From Planctomycetota bacterium (GTDB taxonomy: Bacteria; Planctomycetota; JAJSAM01; JAKLKS01): a stretch of DNA of 44,510 bases. How positions within the stretch are numbered: the first letter of the stretch is position 1; each line of letters begins with the position of its first letter. Shown here piece after piece: positions 43,090 through 44,510 of this stretch. A program made the translations under genes and the position numbers. Below the pieces are notes generated by a model. That model did no database searches, was not told the DNA's origin, and saw nothing but the letters and a program-made list of their open reading frames with translations. The stretch is from positions 1-44,510 of the forward strand of contig JAKLKS010000003.1 in assembly GCA_023150535.1 (NCBI GenBank). Direction: 5' to 3'.

Positions 43090-44367
43090 GTGCGCATCCG
43101 TTCCCAAGGAGGCCCCACGCCCCTCCCGAAGCCCCGAAGGGATCTCGTCCTCAAGGTGACCGGCGGCCCCGCCGCGGGCCTCGAACGCCCCGTGCCGCCG
43201 GACAAGTCCTTCACCATCGGGCGCAGCGACGAGGCCGACCTCCCCGTCGCCGACACGAAGATCTCCCGCATCCACTGCGTCGTGGAGTTCAAGGACGGCG
43301 AGTGGGTCATCGAGGACCTCGACTCCCGCAACGGCCTCTGGTACGGGGGGAAGCGGGTCCCCCGCCGCGCGCTGGCCGACGGCGACGTCGTGGTGCTGGG
43401 CCGGGCGACGGAGATCACGGCCTCCCTCGTGGAGCCCCGCCCCTCCCCCGCGGGCCCGCGGCGGGTCGTCTTCCCGCGGACCCGCAGGGGCGGGGAGGCG
43501 GACCCGGCTCCGGCCCCCCTGCCCCCCGCCGAGGAGCTCCCCCCCCTGGAGCCCTCCCTCGCCGGGCTCCCCGGCACGAGCCTCGGGGAGTTCCGCATCA
43601 TCGAGCAGGCGCGGCCCCTGGGGCGGGCGGCCTTCTTCCGCGCCCTGCAGCCGAGCCTCAACCGCCACGTGCTCCTGGAGGTCTTCACCGCCGAGGACAT
43701 GGACCGGCCGGGGGTCCGCGCCGCCCTCCAGGTGGAGGTGCAGCGGGCGGCCCGCGTCCTCCACCCCAACATCCTCCAGATCTTCGACTACGGCACCGCC
43801 CGCGGGTTCACCTACGTGACCATGGAGTTCTTCCAGGGGCGGCGGCTGTCGGACGTGCTCACCGACCGCGGCTTCGTCCCCATCGGCGGGGCCCTCTCCC
43901 TGTCCCGCTGCCTCTGCGAGGCGCTGTCGGAGGCCGTCGACCAGGGCCTCCCCGCGGGGGACATGTGCCCGAGGAGGATCTGGGTGGACGGGGAGTTCAC
44001 GCCGAAGGTGAAGTTCTTCCGCGAGCCGGAGTCCCCGCCGCCCGGCGTCGCGGATCTCGCCTACTGCGCCCCGGAGGTCCTCGCCGGCGGCGACACGAAG
44101 GACCCCCGGGCCGCGGTCTACGCGGTGGGGGCGATCCTCTACCACATGCTCGCCGCCACCCCTCCCCTGGAGGCGGGGACGAAGGAGGAGATGGCGCGGC
44201 GGGCCCGGCACGACACCCCGACGCCGCTGCGCCGCGTGAACATCAAGGTGACGCCCATGCTGGCGCGCGTCGTCGAGCAGGCGCTGGCCAAGGAGCCCGG
44301 GGCCCGCCAGGAGAGCCTGCGGGACCTGGCGCGGGACCTCCACCGCACGACGGCGCCGACGCTGTAG
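43090..44367 (+). CDS. FHA domain fused to a degenerate Ser/Thr kinase-like (pseudokinase) domain
   Basis: 425 aa. FHA 'FTIGRS…ISRIHCVV…WVIEDLDSRNGLWYGG'. The kinase-like half keeps 'APE' but lacks the Gly-rich loop, VAIK Lys (HVLLEV), HRD…N (AGDMCPRR) and DFG (VKFFRE). Confidence 0.8.
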   Translation: MRIRSQGGPTPLPKPRRDLVLKVTGGPAAGLERPVPPDKSFTIGRSDEADLPVADTKISRIHCVVEFKDGEWVIEDLDSRNGLWYGGKRVPRRALADGDVVVLGRATEITASLVEPRPSPAGPRRVVFPRTRRGGEADPAPAPLPPAEELPPLEPSLAGLPGTSLGEFRIIEQARPLGRAAFFRALQPSLNRHVLLEVFTAEDMDRPGVRAALQVEVQRAARVLHPNILQIFDYGTARGFTYVTMEFFQGRRLSDVLTDRGFVPIGGALSLSRCLCEALSEAVDQGLPAGDMCPRRIWVDGEFTPKVKFFREPESPPPGVADLAYCAPEVLAGGDTKDPRAAVYAVGAILYHMLAATPPLEAGTKEEMARRARHDTPTPLRRVNIKVTPMLARVVEQALAKEPGARQESLRDLARDLHRTTAPTL

Positions 44368-44462
44368 CGGCAGGCTCTTCGCTGTTTCGTGTGGGTGATG
44401 CCTCTCCGCCCTCGCACGGCCGCTCGCCCCTGCGGTTCCGCGCCTCCTTCGTCGGCGCGGGG

Positions 44463-44510
44463 CTCCCGCCTCGCCTCGGCCGGAACGGATCGGCCGAGGC
44501 GAGGCGGGAG
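44463..44510 (+). terminator. >=20-bp perfect hairpin after the FHA-pseudokinase gene (may extend past the window)
   Basis: ctcccgcctcgcctcggccg-gaacggat-cggccgaggcgaggcgggag. Confidence 0.6.

Overview
Very GC-rich bacterial chromosomal window: third codon positions are almost always G/C, and long spurious 'shadow' ORFs occur on every strand. I support about 45 protein genes. They include a complete F1Fo ATP synthase operon (atpZ/I-B-E-F-H-A-G-D-C, 21034-28464), an amino-acid ABC transporter, typA, clpP, a stand-alone ptsN, and a Ser/Thr kinase translationally coupled to an ECF sigma factor followed by two small zinc-ribbon paralogs. Others are a TetR/methyltransferase divergent pair, a vapC toxin, a B12-radical-SAM gene, an FHA-pseudokinase and many secreted proteins or lipoproteins. 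No rRNA, tRNA, CRISPR array, transposase or integrase was seen. The stand-out feature is the 1,685-nt ORF-free interval 34611-36295, against <=~350 nt for every other gap. It holds a strand-asymmetric, hairpin-dense, internally repetitive ~1.05 kb segment on the minus strand. That segment has a near-consensus sigma70 promoter, an AT-rich upstream block and a 13-bp end-to-end closing helix. I read it as a candidate large structured ncRNA, or a giant ptsN leader, that matches no RNA family I can recognise by eye. Next to it lies a cluster of eight GTGGA/TCCAC motifs. Other oddities: extremely long perfect hairpins (20-38 bp) that engulf the stop codons of convergent genes; a recurrent '-10 hexamer, 6-8 nt, start codon' layout suggesting frequent leaderless mRNAs; an AT-rich island kept inside a cytochrome c gene by seven rare codons; a dense G-tract block; and two apparent pseudo-enzymes. 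All functional calls come from reading the translations. No database search was run.
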